A stretch of DNA of 64,000 nucleotides from Mustelus asterias (Eukaryota): assembly GCF_964213995.1 (NCBI RefSeq), contig NC_135813.1:44578001-44642000 (forward strand), read 5' to 3'. How positions within the stretch are numbered: the first letter of the stretch is position 1; each line of letters starts with the position of its first letter. Both the position numbers and the translations under genes were made by a program. Positions 10,746 to 24,331 of this stretch are shown here, in pieces. The notes under the pieces were generated by a model that made no database searches, was not told where the DNA came from, and saw only the letters and a list, made by a program, of their open reading frames with translations.

Positions 10746-11200
10746 TCATGTGCTAGATCTTTGATCGGGGATGTTTCCAGGAAGCCTTGAATGTGTCTTT
10801 TTGGTGGAACAGAGTGTTAGTGGTGAGAAGCTGGTGTCCTGTGCATTTAGTAAGCAGGAGAACCCTGTCGGAGTTGCAATTTCCAACTTCCTTTCCGATG
10901 GTTCCTTTCCAGAGTTAGGAGTCCTTCCCAACCCTGGCGTTGAAGTCCCCAAGGAGAGTGATTTTGCCATCCTTAGGAAATGTGCAGAATTTGGTGTCCA
11001 GGACGGAGTAGAAGCCGCCTTTAGACCCATCATTGGCATCAAGGATTGGGGCATTGGCATTGACGCCTGTTGCCTGCTGGTTCTTGGCAAGTTGTCGACA
11101 CAGAATCCTGAGCTGCTTATTGATGTCAACAGGCAGCTTTGAGGGTCGGGTGACGAGTTTGTTCTTGATGGTGAGTCCTATTCCCAACACCCTGGGCTGA
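10746..11200 (-). mobile_element. RTE-clade LINE endonuclease fragment
   Basis: Frameshifted AP-endonuclease motifs: NAPILDAND..K.GFYS.L, LLGDFNARVG, TNTLFHQK...SWKHPRSK. Confidence 0.75.
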
Positions 11201-11572
11201 TCTCTGGAATTTAGAAGAATGAGATATATAAGTTGATGAAAGGTATGGATAAGTTAGATGTGGAGCAGATGCTTCCTCTTGTGGGGCATTCTAGGATGAG
11301 AGGTTGAGAGGTCATAGTCTGAGGATAAAGGGTAGCAAATTTAAAACTGAGTTGAGGAGAAACTACTTCTCCCAAAGGGTTGTGAATCTGTGGAATTCGC
11401 TACCCCAAAGTGGAAGCTGGGATAGTGAGTAAATTTAAGGAGGAGTTAGACAGATTTTTAATTGGTGATGGGGAGAAGGCAGGAAAATGGGGAGCATATC
11501 AGCCATGATTGAATGGCTGAGTGGACTTGATGGGCTGAATGGCCTAATTCTGCTTCTATATGTTATGAACTT
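11200..11572 (+). mobile_element. CR1 LINE 3' end
   Basis: AAACTACTTCTCCCAAAGGGTTGTGAATCTGTGGAATTCGCTACC and CR1 tail GGGCTGAATGGCCTAATTCTGCT. Confidence 0.75.
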
Positions 11573-11577
11573 AGGAA

Positions 11578-11785
11578 CTAATCCCCTGACACTAAGGGGC
11601 AATTTAGCATGTCCAATCTACCTAACCCTTTCTTTGGAGTGCGGGAGGAAACTGGAGCATCCGAAGGAAACCCACACAGACACGGGGAGAATGTGCAAAC
11701 CCCACACAGACAATCTCCTGAAGCCGGAATCGAACCCGGGTCCCTGGCGCTGTGAGGCAGCAGTGCTAACCACTGTGCCACCCTG
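11578..11785 (-). mobile_element. HE1-like V-SINE (partial)
   Basis: Reverse complement of the SINE head and V-domain. Confidence 0.85.
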
Positions 11786-12020
11786 TCCTACCATCCCATT
11801 ACAGTTACTTTATCCTGCCACAGTTTCATCCCAGCAGATGGTATTGTTAGCGAAGGGTTTGTGAAAGTTGTCTTGTGGCTATGGTGATGAGAGTGCGAGG
11901 TGGGGGGGCGGGGGGGGGGGTTTAGGGAGAATCGTGACTCCAGCTCCATTTGTTTTGAAGCATAACTGCAAGTTGGTAAATTTGGCTCAAGATATAAAAC
12001 TTTCTCTCCCTTTTGTACAG

Positions 12021-12077
12021 GCCCGAGAGGCAGGTGCAGATGATATCCTGGACATATCAAAGTGCGAGCTTTCTGAG
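12021..12077 (+). CDS. LRSAM1: LRSAM1 coding exon 2
   Basis: AREAGADDILDISKCELSE; TACAG/GTAAG. Confidence 0.96.
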
Positions 12078-13297
12078 GTAAGGAGTGATCAGGGAGACTG
12101 CTGTTGATTGCCTGTTCCAGCAGTTGGAGCGAGACACAGCCTGTCCTGTTGGGTGTGATTGGAGTGGGGGTACGCACACTGGGACAGCAAAATACCCTTG
12201 AAAAAGGACTTGCATTTAGACGGTGTCCTTCACGACCAATCTCTCAAAGTACCGGAATGTTCCCAGGGATGGGGGATTTTAGGTACTAGGTTAGGTTGCA
12301 GAATCTAGGCTTGTTCTCCTTGGGAGCCAATGAAGATGGGGGATATTTGATGGAGGAGTTCAAAATTATGACCGGTAGAGAAGGGAAATCTTTCCGTTAG
12401 CTGATTGGGCGGAGTGCGGGACGGGGGAGGGGGGATGTGAGGAATATTTTTACACTGCAAGTGGTAATAACCTGGAGCCCACTGCTTATGAGGGTGGCAG
12501 AAGCAGGGTCAGTCAGTGGATGGACATTTGAAGGAAGAATGGGGGAGTGAGTTTGACTGCATTGCTCCACAGAGAGCCAACATTGACAGTGGGCTGAATG
12601 GCCTCTTGCTGTGCTGTAAGTGACTCTATGCCTCTTTCTGGCCAATTGTTGCCACAATTCCGGGAAAGACAGCAGCTGATTTGCACTTGGCAAGATCTCA
12701 GACTAACAGCAGTGTGATTATGCCAATATAATCTATTACGGTGGGACAAATATTGACAAAAGGATCAGGGAGATTATTCTCCGTCTCTCTTTGAAAGAGG
12801 CCGGAGCTGTTTTAAATCCACCTGAGGACAGACAGTACCTTGTGTCTCCATCTGAAGGAGGAGGCTTCCTGACTGCAGTCTGCGCTCCTGTCTCTGGAAT
12901 GGGATGTGAATGGAGTCCGAGACAAGGCGTGACTACAGAGCTACACTGACGCCTGGACCACCCTTTGGGAATGGCCTTTGTCACTCTCACCGGTGTAGCC
13001 TATAAATAACACTGAGGGACTAACCCTGTACCTGACACACAGGCTGCTGGGATCACAGGTTTCTTCCCTCTCACTGTACTCCTCCCCTTCTGATAGCTGC
13101 CCATGTTGGGGTACAGTTCAAAGGTCGAGCACTGGTGTATCTTGCTCTCTTTGGGGTGGAAAGGAAAATAGAAGAGAAGTCTGTCGACCTGCCTGAGAGT
13201 TATTTCTGTTTTTTTTGCTGCTGCCAACCTGTGCTGTACGTTTCCTCAGCTGGGTAGAGACAGGGTTTTGTTGCACTGTTCAGCTGTTAGTGACAAT

Positions 13298-13575
13298 TAT
13301 AGGATTCCTACAGTCCAGAAGGAGGCGAGTTGTCCCATTGAGTCTGCACCGACTCTCTGACAGAGAGGCCCTTATCCCTGTAACTCCACATTGATTATTG
13401 TCAATCCACCTAACCTGCATACCTTTGGAGGGTGGGAGGAAACTGGAGCACCCGGAGGAAACCCGCGCAGACATGGGGAGAATGTGCAAATTCCACACAG
13501 ACAGTGACCCGAGTCAGAAATTGAACCCGGGTCCCTGGCACTGTGAGGCAACAGTGCTAACCACTGTGCCACCCA
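13298..13575 (-). mobile_element. HE1-like V-SINE, tail type A (CR1-like)
   Basis: Head, V-domain and tail GTCGGTGCAGACTCAATGGG...CTGTAGGAATCCTAT. Confidence 0.85.
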
Positions 13576-13836
13576 GTTATCTGTGGAACCTGATCCTCCC
13601 CGTGTCTCCCAGCTGGAGTGATAGATTTTCTTCACCAACACAATGTCCTCACCACCATTTATAATCATATGATGCACTTGAACACAAGGTGGGCCTGGGT
13701 ACAGGCTGCTGTTCTAAGATAATACGGTGCAATGTGCCGAGAATTACAGGAGATAATCAGTGAGTGATGGAATTTTTAAAGTAATTGGGAGAAGATTCTA
13801 CTGCTGTATTGTTTATTTTCGATCTTGTGCCACCAG

Positions 13837-13881
13837 GTTCCAGTCAGTGTCTTTTCCATGTGCAGAGTCCTGCAGAAGAAG
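13837..13881 (+). CDS. LRSAM1: LRSAM1 coding exon 3
   Basis: VPVSVFSMCRVLQKK; CAG/GTAAG. Confidence 0.93.
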
Positions 13882-13984
13882 GTAAGAACTTTGTGTCAGC
13901 CCGGGTCCTCCCTGTGCGCACGCGCCTTCCCTGTGCACGTGTCCTCTCCCGTGCGCCCCCTTTACCAACTCTTACAGACTGTGG

Positions 13985-14440
13985 TGGTTAGCACCACATT
14001 CAGCAACTTGTATTCACATTGCCCAATTCACATCATCCCTTTGGCAAGGTCCGCACTCACCAGGTTTCATTCTTATCTATTCAATCGTATCCAGAGAATC
14101 ACCAGCAATGAATTCTTTTCCCATTCCCACAACATTTGTCCGTGTCATTCCCCAAGGATCTATCCTTGGCCCCTCCTATTTCTCATCGACCTGCTGCCCA
14201 TCACTGGCATCATCAGAAGGTGCAGTATTAGTTTTCACATGTACGCTAATGACACCCAGCTCTCTCGACTCCTCCAGTGTTGCTAAATTATCAGACTGTT
14301 TATCTGACACCCAAGTGCTGGACGTGCAGAGATTTCCTCCAGTGAAATATCGGGAAGACTGAAGCCATTGTCTTCAGTCCTCGGCTCGACTCTGTTGCCT
14401 AGTTACTGACTCTGACCACCCCCCTGATGACTGACTGACA
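13985..14440 (+). mobile_element. L2 LINE RT fragment
   Basis: SALTRFHSYLFNR, PQGSILGP and FHMYANDTQL motifs. Confidence 0.75.
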
Positions 14441-14748
14441 ACCTTCTCGATGTGCTTCAATCTCCCAGCAGGGCGAAACTACCATTTCTCACCTCAGTGT
14501 CTCCAAGTCTATTGGTGAAAAATTGTTGGCAGTTTTGGTGCTGTGGGTCTCAGGCGTTGGCTTCAATCTCTCGAAGCAAAGCCCGTGTTTCCAGTGTGTG
14601 AGCTGTTTGTGTGTCACTGCCTTTGATTCTGTCTCATCCCGTCAGACCAGGTCTCTGTCCTCCCTACATTGTCAGCTGTGTGACTGGTGCAAGGCTGCAC
14701 TGGGTCTGGAAGAGCTCCTTCAGTTCACTTTGTTTGTTTGTTTTCCAG

Positions 14749-14826
14749 GTTTTAATCATTCACACCAATCATTTGTCAACACTGCTGCCAAAGTCATGTA
14801 ACATCCAGGATCTGTCGATGCTGAAG
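14749..14826 (+). CDS. LRSAM1: LRSAM1 coding exon 4 (LRR)
   Basis: VLIIHTNHLSTLLPKSCNIQDLSMLK; TTCCAG/GTAAGT. Confidence 0.96.
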
Positions 14827-15093
14827 GTAAGTGCAGGGCTCAGCGTCTGTCTCTTTCTTGTTTATATTACGCCTAATGCACTTGCCGAGAGCAGTGGTTC
14901 TCTGGAGATGAGTCTGGAACACTGCCTGATTCTGTTCAGTTAGATACATGTACATACTGCATCCTCTCTCTACCTCTGCACATGTTCTCTCTGCCCTCTA
15001 CACTACACTTTCCTCTTTCACTCTGCTTACTCCATATACTCTTTACTTCCTCACCTCCTCTCCCTCTTTTCCTCTGCAAAATGCCCCTCTCTC

Positions 15094-15234
15094 NNNNNNN
15101 NNNNNNNNNNNNNNNNNNNNNNNNNNNNNNNNNNNNNNNNNNNNNNNNNNNNNNNNNNNNNNNNNNNNNNNNNNNNNNNNNNNNNNNNNNNNNNNNNNNN
15201 NNNNNNNNNNNNNNNNNNNNNNNNNNNNNNNNNN
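15094..15234. other. Assembly gap
   Basis: Run of N. Confidence 0.99.
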
Positions 15235-15239
15235 TCCAC

Positions 15240-15860
15240 CTAACTTTTCATTCCTCCATGGGATGTGGGCGTCATTGATTGGCCCATCATTTATTGCCCA
15301 TCCCTAATTGCCCTTGAGAAGGTGATGGTGAGTCATCTTCTTGAGCCGTTCTGGTGGTGTTGGAATACTCACGATAGTTTTGATCCCACAGCAGTGAAGG
15401 AACAGCGATATATTTCCAAGTAAGGATGGTGTGTGGCTTGGAGGGGACCTTGCGGTAGGTGGTAGTATTCCCATGTGTCTGTTGTCCTCATCCTTCGAGG
15501 TAGTGGGTTTGGAAGATGCTTTCAAAGGAGCCTTGCTGAGTTGCTGCAGTGCATCTTGTCAATGGTTCACACTGTTGCCACTGTGCTTTAGGGATGGGGG
15601 GAGTGAATGTTTGAAGTGCTGTTGAAATGCTGGTCAAGTGGGCTGCTTTGTCTTGGATGATGTCAAACTTCTCTAGTGTTGTTGGAGCTGAACTCATCCA
15701 GACACGTGAAGAGTATTCCATCACATTCCTGACCTGTGCCTTGTAAATGGTGCGCAGGTTTTGGGGAGTCAGGAGGTGAGTTACTCTCCGCAGGATTCCT
15801 GGCCTCTGACCTGCTCTTGTAGCCACTGTATTTTTATGGCTAGTCTAGTTGAGTTTCTAT
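15240..15860 (-). mobile_element. CR1/L2-group LINE 3' fragment (second family)
   Basis: IYKAQVRNVMEYSS..WMSSAPTTLEKFDIIQDKAA and tail CACCTTCTCAAGGGCAATTAGGGATGGGCAATAAAT. Confidence 0.75.
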
Positions 15861-16475
15861 GAACATACTCACGAATTAAGAGCAGGAGTAGGCCACTCAG
15901 CCCCTCAAACCTGTACTGGCAAATAATGAGATCATGGCTGATGTGATTGTAACCTTCCACCTACCCCCGATAAATTTTCACCCCCTTATTCATCAAGAAT
16001 TCATCTACATCTAACTTAAAAACATTCAAATACTCCTCTTCCCCTGGGATTCGGGGGAGTTCCAAAGAATTACAACCCTTTCAAAGAAAAAGAATTCTCA
16101 TCTTCAGTGGACGACCTCTTATTTTTAAATACTGACCCCTAGTTTTAGATTCTTTCACAAGGTGAAACATCCTCTCCACACACACACCCTATCGAAACCC
16201 CTCGGTGTTCCAAGTCGCCCCTTACTCTTGTAAAGTCCACCAGATACTGTCCAACCTTTCCTCATAAGACAACCTGCCTACCTCTGTTATTAGCTTAGTA
16301 AACCTTTTCTAATCTGCACCTAATGCATTTACATCCTTCCTTAAATAGGAGATTGATATTATACAATATTCCCGATGTGGCCTCACCAGGGTCCTGTACA
16401 ACTTAAACATAACTTCCCTACTTTCGGAGTTAATTCCACTTGTAATAAAAATTACATCCGATTAGCTTTCCTAAT

Positions 16476-16748
16476 TCAATTCCCGGCTCGGGTCACTGTC
16501 TGTGTGGAGTTTGCACATTCTCCTCGTGTCTGCGTGGGTTTCCTCCGGGTGCTCCGGTTTCCTCCCACAGTCCAAAGATGTGCGGGTTAGATTGATTGGC
16601 CAGGTTAAAAATTGCCCCTTAGAGTCCTGGGATGCGTAGGTTAGAGGGATTAGCGGGTAAATATGTGGGGTGGGATTGTGGTCAGTGCAGACTCGATGGG
16701 CCGAATGGCCTCCTTCTGCACTGTAGGGTTTCTATTTCTATGATTCTA
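16476..16748 (+). mobile_element. HE1-like V-SINE, tail A, 5'-truncated, inside an old CR1
   Basis: V-domain and CR1-type tail. Confidence 0.8.
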
Positions 16749-16887
16749 ATTACTTACTGTACCTGCGTACCAGCCTTTTGTGATTCATGCACTAGGACAC
16801 CCAGATCCCTCTGAATCTCGGAGCTTTGCTGATTCCTGGGATGAAGGGGTTATCAAGTTGGGCTCATTGACATTTATATACCTTTTT

Positions 16888-17290
16888 ATATTTGATTTTA
16901 TTTTATTATTGTCACATATATTAACATACAGTGAAGAGAATTGTTTCTTGCGCGCTATACAGACAAAAACATACCATTCATAGAGAAGGAAATTAGAGAG
17001 TGCAGAATGTAGTGTTACAGTCATAGCTAGGGTGTAGAGAAAGATCAATTTAATGCAAGGTAAGTCCATTCAAAAGTCTGACAGCAGCAGGGAAGAAGCT
17101 GTTCTTGAGTCGGTTGGTACGTGACCTCAGATTTTTGTATCTTTTTCCCGAAGGAAGAAGGTAGAAGAGAGAATGTCCGGGGTACGTGGGGTCCTTAATT
17201 ATGCTGGCTGCTTTGCCGAGGCAGCGGGAAGTGTAGACAGAGTCAATGGAATGGGAGGCTGGTTTGCGTGATGGATTGGGCTGCATTCTA
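16888..17290 (-). mobile_element. Rex1/Babar LINE 3' fragment
   Basis: AASIIKDPTYPGHSLFYLLPSGKRY...RLKNSFFPAAVRLLN; ATCAA-type tail. Confidence 0.88.
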
Positions 17291-17772
17291 TATATTCTAT
17301 ATATTGGAGTTCAGAACAATGAGGAGCGATCTTATTGAAAGATTCTGAGGGGTTTGACAGAATCAGTACTGAGACAATGTCTCCTTTTGTGGGGGAATCT
17401 AGAACCGTTTCTTTTCGTGGGGGAATCGACCACCATTTAGATAATAAGCTTATTTTTATTCTTCCTGCTATAATGGACAACTTCACATTTTCTCAAATTA
17501 TACTCCATTTGCCGGATCTTTGCCCTCTCACTGAACCTATCTTATGTCCCCTGTAGCCTCCTGTCTGTATCTCCTTGTAGCTTCCTATGCCCTCTTCACA
17601 ATTTACTTTCCTACCTATCTCTGTATCATCAGCAAATTTAACAACCATACCTTTGTTCCCTGCAACCAGGTGATTTATGTAAATTGTAGGGAGTTCAGGT
17701 CCCAGCATTGATCTTTGTGGTGCACCACTCATTACATTCTGCCAACCAGAAAACAAGTCATTTATGGATACT

Positions 17773-18088
17773 CTAGAATCTATACAGTGCGGAAGGAGGC
17801 CATTCAGCCCATTGAGTCTGCACCGACCACAATCCCACCCAGGCCTTATCCCTGTAACTGCTAATTTACCCTGCTAATCCCCTGACATGAAGGATCAATT
17901 TAGCATGGCCAATCTACCTAACCCATGCATCTTTGGAGTGTGGGAGGAAACCGGAGCACTCGGAGGAAACCCACGCAGACATGGGGAGAATGTGCAAAAT
18001 CCACACAGGCAGTGAACCCAAGCCGGGAATCGAACCCAGGTCCCTGGCGCTCTGAGATAGCAGTGCTAACCACTGTGCCACCGTGCTC
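17773..18088 (-). mobile_element. HE1-like V-SINE, tail A
   Basis: Full head, V-domain and tail; lies within a degraded minus-strand CR1 RT (about 17455-18390, VVKFADDT). Confidence 0.85.
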
Positions 18089-19192
18089 CCCCTCTGTTTC
18101 CCATCAACTAGTCAATCTTCTAGCCATGCCAGTCTGTTGCCCCTACACCATATGCCTTTATTCTCCACACTAACCTTTGATGTGGCATCATATCAAATGC
18201 CTTTTGGAAATCTAAGCATGGTACATCCATGCACAGCACATGACTCATTCAAAGATCCCACTAATAAATTGGTTAAACATGATTTCCCTTTCACAAAATA
18301 ATGTTGACTCTACCATCACATCTTTAATAGTAGCTTGCAACATGTTCCCAATGACAGATGTTAAGCTAACTGGCCTATAGTTTCCTGACTGTTCGATGAT
18401 AACCATTGCCCCCATCCCCCACACCCTAGATGTTGATAGCGGGGTTTCGGCAATGGTAATGCCATTGAATGTCATGGAGAGATGATTAATTTCTCTCTTG
18501 CTGCAGATGGTCATTGTCTGGCATTTATGTGGCATGAATGTTATTTGTTTCCGATCAGTCCAAGCCTGGGTGTTGTCCAGGTCTTGCTGCATATTGGCAC
18601 AAAATGCTTCAGTACCTGAGGACTTGAAAATGGCAATAAACATTCTGCAATTGTCCAAGTTATTCAGAGGCATTTATTGCAAGAGAGATGGAGTATTAAG
18701 GTGGGGAAATCTTGCCACATCCCTATGGGGCATTAGTGAGACTGCACCTGGAGTATTGTGTATAGCTTTAGTCACCTTACTTCCAATGCAAGTATACTTG
18801 CATTGCAAGCAGTTCAGAGAAGTTTCACTGGCTGACTCCTAAAGAACAGTACAGCACAGGAAACAGGCCCTTCGGCCCTCCTGGGCTGCATGGGGTTATC
18901 TTATGAGGAAAGGTTGATCAAGTTGGGCTTATTGGAATTTATATGAATATTTATATACTCCTGTGAGGAATGATCACATTGAAACTCATAAGATCTCTCC
19001 TGGAAATATCGTCTGTTAAAGGTTATGGTCTTGAACTAGTTTGAACAGGTTGAGCCAGTGCAGAGTATCAGTGGGATGAGGTCGAGTGGGGTTAATGTTC
19101 AAAGCTCTATAAAACCCTGCGTGGCTCTGCTGTGTTCGATATTAACCTTGTTTGAACGGTGGAGATTTTTACTGTCTGTTTCTTGCCCTCAG

Positions 19193-19261
19193 ATTCTGGA
19201 TCTCCATGACAACCAGCTCACCTCGCTCCCCGAGGACATGGGTCAGATGGTATCTCTGCAG
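19193..19261 (+). CDS. LRSAM1: LRSAM1 coding exon 5 (LRR)
   Basis: ILDLHDNQLTSLPEDMGQMVSLQ; CAG/GTAAG. Confidence 0.96.
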
Positions 19262-19391
19262 GTAAGCGGCCAGGAGTGAGATCTACCTCTCTCAGACTCT
19301 CAGCCAAACATGATGGTGGAGTCAGTGGGGAATACATTGTTCCACAGACTCTGTTTGGTGAGGTGTGACATCAGCAACTTACATTGTTGTC

Positions 19392-19785
19392 AGCATGGTG
19401 GCACAGTGGTTAGCACTGCTGCCTCACAGCTCCAGGGATCCAGGTTCAATTCCAGCCTCGGGTCACTGTCTGTGTGAAATTTGCACGTTCTCCCCGTGTC
19501 TGCGTGGGTTTCCTCCGGGTGCTCCGGTTTCCTCCCACACTCCAAAGATGTGCAAGTTAGGTTGATTGAACATGATAAATTGCCCCTTAGTGTCCCAAGA
19601 TGTGTAGGTTAGGGGGATTAGCTGGGTAAATACTTGGGGTTACGGGAAACAGGTCTGGATGGAATTTCTCTTTGGTGACAGGGGGATTACGTGGGGTTTC
19701 AAGGATAGGGTTTGGGTGGGATTGTTGTTGGTGCAGACTCGATGGGCCGAATGGTCTCCTTCTGCACTCCAGGGATTCTATGAAA
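19392..19785 (+). mobile_element. HE1-like V-SINE, tail A
   Basis: Head, V-domain, internal duplication, tail. Confidence 0.85.
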
Positions 19786-20552
19786 TCGCACCTTTAGCAT
19801 AGGAAAACATCTCCAGGAGCGAAACCCAGCCAAAGAAGAAGTCATTGAGAGGGGTAACTTTGAGATGCTTTCCAATAAAGCTGCCAACTTAAATCCTAAA
19901 GAGCTGGGTCCTAAAGGAGGAGCAAGATAGACGCTCGGAGAGGCGTAGAAAGATAATCCAGGGATTGGGGCCCAAGCAACTGCAGTTATGGCTGTCAATT
20001 GTCTCCCCATTGCTTCCTGTTTGACTTCACCATTTAACCGAGGTACGTTTTCCCTCTGTCCGGGGGCTGTTAATTTGAGGGGCTGTGGGCACCTGGGAAT
20101 TTGATATCCTGGGCCCAGGCGCTGAATGGTGGGAAGCTATTTGACTCTGGAGGAATCACTGCCAAGCCAGGTCCTATCCTTTCCTTACCATGTCTACTTT
20201 CTGACATAAGCCAGTGGATAACCCATGGGGGACATGACTATTAACCTGGGCAGATAAGGCTGCAAGTTGGCGCCTCCAACAATGCAGCACCCTCTCAGTG
20301 CTGCGGTGAAGTGTTGGCCTGAATTGGGGGCCCACATCTTGGTGATTAGGATCAAAACTGAGAAGGGTATTGTCCTGATCTGATCTGCAGCAACATACTG
20401 ATAATCAAAGAGATATTGGCCCCATTCCCCACAGCTTCCCCAACCCCACCTACCCCCACCCTGATGACAGTATATGGCCAGTTCCCTGTGCGACTGTTGT
20501 TCTTGTCCTGCTGTGCCCTCCCTCCACTGAATATTTTTGTGTCATGTTTCAG

Positions 20553-20637
20553 GTGCTCAACGTGGAACAAAACCATTTGAAATTTCTCCCCAACTCTCTT
20601 GCGACCTTGACCCAGCTTCAGACACTAAATGTAAAAG
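20553..20637 (+). CDS. LRSAM1: LRSAM1 coding exon 6 (LRR)
   Basis: VLNVEQNHLKFLPNSLATLTQLQTLNVK(G); TTTCAG/GTAAC; phase 1 end. Confidence 0.96.
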
Positions 20638-21151
20638 GTAACAGATCCTGTGTTTAATGTGCATTCTCTGGGGAAGGCTGGTCGGCTCAAAGCTGTGACC
20701 TGCCTCCACTCCTGTCTGGGACGGTTGAAGCTGGAATCCCAGTCACTGTTTTGGTCTCCAGGAGGGTCTCTGTCTCTTCCTCTCCCAGTTGAAGAGGGGG
20801 GAGTAGGGAAGGGGATCTTGTGAAGCAGTGATTGAGTGAGCCTGTCTGTGCCCAGCTTGTGTTCTGCTTGGTCCAACTCTTCCTGTTAAGGCAGTCAGTA
20901 TGAGCCTGTACAGTCCTTACAGCCACGTGAGCCATCAACCTTTCTGGTTAGACGGCCTCTCTCAGCTGAAAGGCAGGTTGTGGGTGGTGTGCAAGCAGCT
21001 TTAGTACATGGCCCCTGTTAGTTGGCATAAAAGGCAGCTCCAGAGAGATGAGGGAGAAGAGACGGTACCAAGAGTTGTGTCTTTAGTCGCCAATTCTGCC
21101 TTTTGAGAGGGCAATGGGTATAGTGCATGACAGGGGCATAATAAAAAAAAC

Positions 21152-21480
21152 TGGTGGCACAGTGATTAGCACTGCTGCCTCACAGCACCAGGGTCCCAGG
21201 TTCAACTCCGGCCTCGGGTCACTGTCTGTATAGAGTTTGCACGTTCTCCCCGCGTCTGCGTTGGTTTCCTCCGGGTGCTCCGGTTTCCTTCCACAGTCCA
21301 AAGATGTGCGGGTTAGGTTGATTGGCCAAGCTAAGTTGTCCCTCAGTGTCAGGGGATTAGCAGGATAACATGCAGGGGGGTTGTGAGAATAAGGCCTGGG
21401 TGGGATTGTGGCCGGTGCAGACTCAATGGGCAGAATGGTCTCCTTCTGTACTGTAGGGATTCTATGAATCTCTATGAATT
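21152..21480 (+). mobile_element. HE1-like V-SINE, tail A
   Basis: Head, V-domain, tail. Confidence 0.85.
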
Positions 21481-21911
21481 TCTGGACTACTTCAGTGATA
21501 TTTCCATTGCACGCTCCAGCTCAAAGCTATGTGGCCCAAGGGATGAATACCAATTCCTCAGCAAACAGCCTGACACAGCGAGTACCTCCTGCCACATCTA
21601 CTTAGACATTGGACCCATCTACTGCCACCATAAGTTTCTACTGCTGGAGTCTGTTTGATGGCATCGAAACAGGGAAGGAATTTACTGAGCTGAGCTGGTA
21701 AAGGTTCCAGAGAGAGCACTGACCTTGTGTCAGCGATGTATCAGCAATGGAGATCTTCAGGCATTGTCCTGTCTGGAGGAGTCAATAGTTGGACCCCCCC
21801 CCCGCCATATGTGCATGACATTTCACAGGTGGGGGTCAGAGCTGAGCAGCAGCAGAGTGGATTGGGGTGTAGTAGGGTGAGGGCCTTCTTTTTTGTTAGG
21901 TCTAACCGCTA

Positions 21912-22256
21912 GGGCGGCACGGTAGCACAGTGGTTAGCACTGCTGCTTCACAGCTCCAGGGACTTGGGTTCAATTCCCAGCTTGGGTCACTGTCTGTGTG
22001 GAGTTTGCACATTCTCCTCGTGTCTGCGTGGGTTTCCTCCGGGTGCTCCGGTTTCCTCCCACAGTCCAAAGATGTGCGGGTTAGGTTGATTGGCCATGCT
22101 AAAATTGCCCCTTAGTGTCCTGGGATGTGTAGATTAGAGGGATTAGCGGGTAAAATATGTAGGGATATGGGGGTCGGGCCTGGGTGGGATTGTGGTCGGT
22201 GCAGACTCGATGGGCCGAATGGCTTCTTTCTGCACTGTCGGGTTTCTATGTTTCTA
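21912..22256 (+). mobile_element. HE1-like V-SINE, tail A (young)
   Basis: Nearly identical to the copy at 25005-25358. Confidence 0.9.
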
Positions 22257-22301
22257 ACACCAGGTGTAAATTGTCTTCCTCCCTCACCACGAACACTTTA
22301 G

Positions 22302-22423
22302 GGAACCGGATCCGGAAATTGCCAGAATCTCTGAGTGGACTGAGGAGCCTGCGGACATTCGACATCAGTCAGAACAGAATTCAGATTCTCCCACAGGACC
22401 TGGCTCATACCCACACTCTGGAG
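22302..22423 (+). CDS. LRSAM1: LRSAM1 coding exon 7 (LRR)
   Basis: (G)NRIRKLPESLSGLRSLRTFDISQNRIQILPQDLAHTHTLE; TAG/GTAAC. Confidence 0.96.
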
Positions 22424-22759
22424 GTAACCCCCGTGGCCTATCATTCTTCTATCATTCTGTGCCAAATTTCCTGTATTTGTATAGAATGCATAAAGACAGA
22501 GGGGTTTACTGAAGGTAAATATCACAACAGTATCTGATGCACATTTGTGAAGCCTGAAGGCCAAGTCCATATGGATGATATTCTGTAACCTGCTGAGTCT
22601 CACTCTGGGTGATTTATCAGAATAAATTTGAGCAAGTGCAGTGTCTGGGTACATCAGGATTTGCTGGGGAAAAAGATTATCACATGCATTAATCATACTC
22701 AAGGTCGCAATTTAATTGTGTTTAACAGTGAGGTCTGGTGGTGTGTAGGGAGTACAGTC

Positions 22760-23609
22760 TGTTATAATCCAGGTCAGAAACTCCAAAGTGTTTTATGAAG
22801 TCCACCTGGATCATTTTGCAATTTGATTTTGGCTAGGGTAAGCATGAGATATTTCACTTCAGATATGATTCAAATGACCCACTAGGAAGCTTTTTAATCA
22901 AAGTTTATTTAAGTATACAGTTACCAGGTATAGAAAGAAAATTAGTAGTAACTTTTACTAATTATTCACAAAAAAACCCATTGATATTGTTTCCCCTTTA
23001 ATGAATATCGGAAATGTTCCAATCAAACAAAACCCAAATACAAAACAGCACAAGTTTAATACATAAAATACGAATGCTCACTTGATGCTGAATTTAGTCC
23101 TTTGGTTGAATGCTGCAGTTCTCTTGAGGGACACACACAAACCTGGAGTCAGAACAGCTTCTCAAAACACCAGAGAGAGGGAGACTCTCGTCAAGCTAAC
23201 CAGCAGCAGCAGATTTTCTGTTCCAGGAAGACTAGGAACATGAATCTTGCTTCTAGCGAACAGCAGAATTTCCAAAACCAGGGAGAGAGAGAGAGAGAGA
23301 GAAACGCTGCTCTCAGTCTGATGTCCACCCCCTCCTAAGCCAAAACTGAAAATGAATCATTAGATTTTTCCCTGGGGAGGAACCACCTGACTTTGACTTG
23401 TCAATCAATCTTCCCCCTCACAATGCAGGGTCATAAATGATCCCAGAATAAAAATAAATAAAACCCTATTTAAGCCATTGAAGTAGCAATAAAAGGACTT
23501 CGCGCAGGCAGCCCGGCAACAATGAGAAAAACTAACCGAAAAGGTCTGCTTACAACTGCAGAGAACATGATTTAAAAAAAACATTTCTGAAAGGTACATT
23601 AACGTCACA
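22760..23609 (-). mobile_element. Probable solo LTR (850 bp), Gypsy-like
   Basis: TGTTA...TCACA termini, 4-bp flanks AGTC/AGTT (one mismatch), AATAAA on the minus strand near 22905. Confidence 0.55.
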
Positions 23610-24261
23610 AGTTGGTGTAAAATTCTGGGGAGAGTTTAGAAAGTTAGCCTAGCTGTTTTTGATGTGATCCCTGGCACACAGCTCATGTGGACTCCCCAAG
23701 CCTGGCAACCCCTACTGTCATAACTTCAGATAGAATGGGTTTGCCTTTATATAGCGCCTATCAGGACCTCGGGATGTCCCAAAGTGCTGAAGTCAATGAA
23801 TAACTTATTAAAATTGTACAGTAGGAAGCATGGCAGCCAATTTGGACACAGCGGTGAACAAGTAGCCAGGTAATCTGTTTTTGCTGATGTTGGCTGAGAA
23901 TGTGTGTTGAGCAGGGCACCAGGGGACAATTCCTCCTCTGTTCCTCTTCAAAATGGTGCCATGGGATCTTTAATCTTCACTTGAGAGATGCCTGTAATGT
24001 CTCCTCTGAAAGAGATCACTTCCCTCGGTACCGCACTGCAGTAGTAGCCTTGATTGAGGGCTCAAGGGAGACGGCTTTTCTGTTTTACTTTCCTCTGCTG
24101 GGAAATTGGGGTAGACTAGGTGAATGGGTTCGACAGGCAATTGGGGCAAATCTCTGCAGGAGGATAGGATGAGGAAGAAGGTAGGTGGAGTTTGAAATAG
24201 GCCAGTAAAGGTCTTTCCTGTTGCTGATTGATTTGTCTTGGTGCTTTTTAAGTTTCTCCTT

Positions 24262-24263
<2 letters not shown>

Positions 24264-24331
<68 letters not shown>

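Noticed and set aside
21912-21990. tRNA-like sequences at SINE 5' ends
   Set aside because: They are SINE heads fused to V-domain bodies, not tRNA genes.
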